Below are positions 61,741-64,000 of a DNA stretch of 64,000 bases, piece by piece (the first letter of the stretch is position 1; each line of letters opens with the position of its first letter). A program made the translations under genes and the position numbers. Location: positions 47,988,001 to 48,052,000 of the forward strand of contig NC_043007.1 in NCBI RefSeq assembly GCF_006345805.1. Reading direction: 5' to 3'. The DNA is from Octopus sinensis. Taxonomy: Eukaryota. The notes beneath the pieces are model-generated. The model searched no databases. It was not told where the DNA came from and was given only the letters and a program-made list of their open reading frames with translations.

Positions 61741-62065
61741 CTCTCATTCAATAGCCAAAGATAACCATCATTGAGCATTGTTAGTAGTTTCATGAGTGAC
61801 ATCTTGGTATCTCTACTTGCTGCAATTATCTTACATAAATAAGGGATCATTATAATGTTTACTACCTAGATATACTGTTTGTAGTTTAGATATATATATA
61901 TATACATTATTGTATGGCATAGATATATAATTTCTTAATATAGCTGAAGCTACTACCCATTATATTCTGTGCTTGTACATTTACAAAAGTGAACAAGATT
62001 CACAATACATTTTCTATTTATTGTCTTGTTGTTGAAAATTTCACATTATTTGTCTATATTTTCAG

Positions 62066-62156
62066 TACTGGGATAATGACTTGGAATATGTTGCTCAGAA
62101 ATGGGCAGAAAATTGCAAGTTTAATCATGAGAATGCATATCGACGAATAATACCTG
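62066..62156 (+). CDS. CAP gene 2 exon (YWDNDLEYVAQKWAENCKFNHENAYRRIIP-G)
   Basis: ttttcag acceptor and gtaaga donor. Same length (91 nt) and phases as gene 1 exon 2322-2412. Confidence 0.93.
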
Positions 62157-62509
62157 GTAAGAATATAAATTACTTTATATTGTAAAGCATTTCTTTTTGA
62201 AAACGGATTTCAGAAAATTTCATTTCAATGCATATCACTGTTTTATTCAAAATTAATAAAATATACAATGGTTTCTAATATAAGCATAAGACCAGAATTA
62301 ATCAGGAAAGCGGGGTTTTGGAATACATTAGCACAAGTATTTTGCTGGTATTTTATTTTATTTTATTAACCTCAAAAGGATGAACAGCAAAGCTGATCTT
62401 GGCAGGATTCGAAAACAATGTAAAGAGACATAACTAAATACTGTGAGGCACTCAGACAATTTCGCCAAACCACCATGGAAAGAATGTAATATAAAATATA
62501 TTTTGGGAA

Positions 62510-63440
62510 TTCTCATCTCATCTTCCACGTCCAATTACTCTTGGGAGGATCGTAGGGACAGAGTCCTCAAGCATGCCTTTCATCAGGTCCTGTCATAAGC
62601 AACTGCTTCCAATCGATCAGGCTGTATCTCTAAGCTATATCAACTGAATTCATAGATGCTATCCGACCATCCTGCTTGTGGTACCTCTGCTTCTCTTACT
62701 GGTTGGCTTTGCCCATAAAAACTACCCAGCAAGTCTTTCCTGAGACATTCTTACCACACAGCCGTAGTGTCAGAGTAGTAATCTCTCAATTCAAATCACT
62801 ACTCCAACTACTTGGAGCACCACACTGATCTCTATGCTACACACTGTATCGAGAAATGCTATTCCAAAGACTCTTGGAGGAGTCCCATCACAGCTGATTG
62901 TGTTCGTGATCTTATTATTTCAGTCATTACCAAAGATTCATGACCATCGGTAAAGGTAGACACGAACACCGAATTAAAGATAGCGAGTTTGGCTTTCATA
63001 CCTACCTCCCTCCTTCTAATGACCAATGCAGAAGTTGGTGCATTACTGTGCCAGATCCTGCAATTCTTGCATTTGATTCAGCCGCCTACCTTCCATCACT
63101 CCTGAAAGCGGCCCTGAAATACTTGAAATTCTCCACCTGCTTCACTGGAACTCCACTCACTTGTAAAGTGCATTGCATAAGCTTCCCTGAGTGGATGGGC
63201 TCCCTATCTGGGCAGCACTGATTTTCATTTCTACTGAACAGCACTCAGCAGCAAACCTGTCAAGCACATGCTGGAAATGACCTTCTGACAAACTGAGTAG
63301 TACTATGTCATCTGCAAGTTCCAGTCAACTGATGCCATACCTCCAGCCCCAATACCAGTTTTAGCCCAGCTGCGCATGTCAATCCAGTCCATGAAGATTA
63401 TGAAAGGAGAGGTGACAGTACGCAACTTTGCTGGAGTGCA
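62510..63440 (-). mobile_element. Degenerate RTE-type LINE fragment
   Basis: Minus strand GIS*LELADDIVLL near 63300-63340 and EKFKYF near 63120. Many stops. Confidence 0.6.
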
Positions 63441-63519
63441 ACATCCACATTGATCCTTTTGCACTTATGTGCTCACCTGTGTGTGTATGTATGTATATAT
63501 GTATGTATGTGCATGTATA

Positions 63520-63617
<98 letters not shown>

Positions 63618-64000
63618 ATATATGCATATATGTATGCATACATACATATATGCATTCACTAAGAACTGTAATAAATTATTGTAGTTATTTGGTCAATAGG
63701 GTGTTAACTAATGAAGGTGTTGATGATTGTGGGGTAGTCTTTTCTAAGTAGTAAGGAATTACTCTGAACAATATATTTTGTGCATGGACTGAAATCTAAA
63801 TGAAATACAGTATGATGTAACACTTGCATGTTTGTGCAAGTAATTGTCATTGAGTAATGTCATTTTTACTGCCACCACTAACATAACTACCAACTTCAAA
63901 CAATAGTCATGACAGGCAACAACCAAGAATAATCATCAATTTTTCATTGTCATCTCATTTTTCCTTTTTTTCTTCTCTGGCTTCTTTCTTTATCTCCTAT

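Larger units (their letters stand above)
9202..63660. repeat. Dense microsatellites throughout: (TA)n, (TACA)n, (CA)n, (AAT)n, (TATC)n, (AG)n, (GAA)n, (ATATA)n
   Basis: Examples: (TA)n 7490-7600, 10040-10360, 41545-41810, 63480-63650; (AAT)n 36765-36905, 55335-55450; (AG)n 46720-46770; (ATATA)n 58830-58930. These generate most of the listed Y/I, H/T and C/V ORFs. Confidence 0.98.

Overview
AT-rich, repeat-saturated eukaryotic DNA. The SINE/LINE repertoire and very high microsatellite density point to an octopod cephalopod (inference). No host gene is visible in the supplied ORF track. Reading splice sites by hand gives two tandem, + strand, multi-exon paralogs of the CAP (CRISP/Ag5/PR-1) superfamily. 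Gene 1 (7 exons, 2322-32369, 5' end outside the window) encodes CAP + reduced hinge + EGF-like + ShKT-like + a GPI-signal-like tail. Gene 2 (42003 to beyond 62156, 3' end outside the window) encodes a putative signal peptide + Thr-rich linker + CAP N-terminal half. Its first exon is interrupted by a 282-bp solo LTR (TG...CA, GCTG target duplication) that could be spliced out in frame. A frameshifted duplicate of that first exon lies 1.1 kb upstream. Introns and the intergenic gap hold: a near-complete RTE LINE split by a 1.29-kb mariner; RTE, CR1-group and L1/Tx1 fragments; a pile-up of R4/Dong LINEs in (AAT)n; two Helitrons; Penelope-like remnants with one intact minimal hammerhead; MITEs; many tRNA-type SINEs; a head-to-head pair of Elongin-B retrocopies; and several fold-back structures. 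TE boundaries are approximate unless termini are quoted. All translations and alignments were done by eye.
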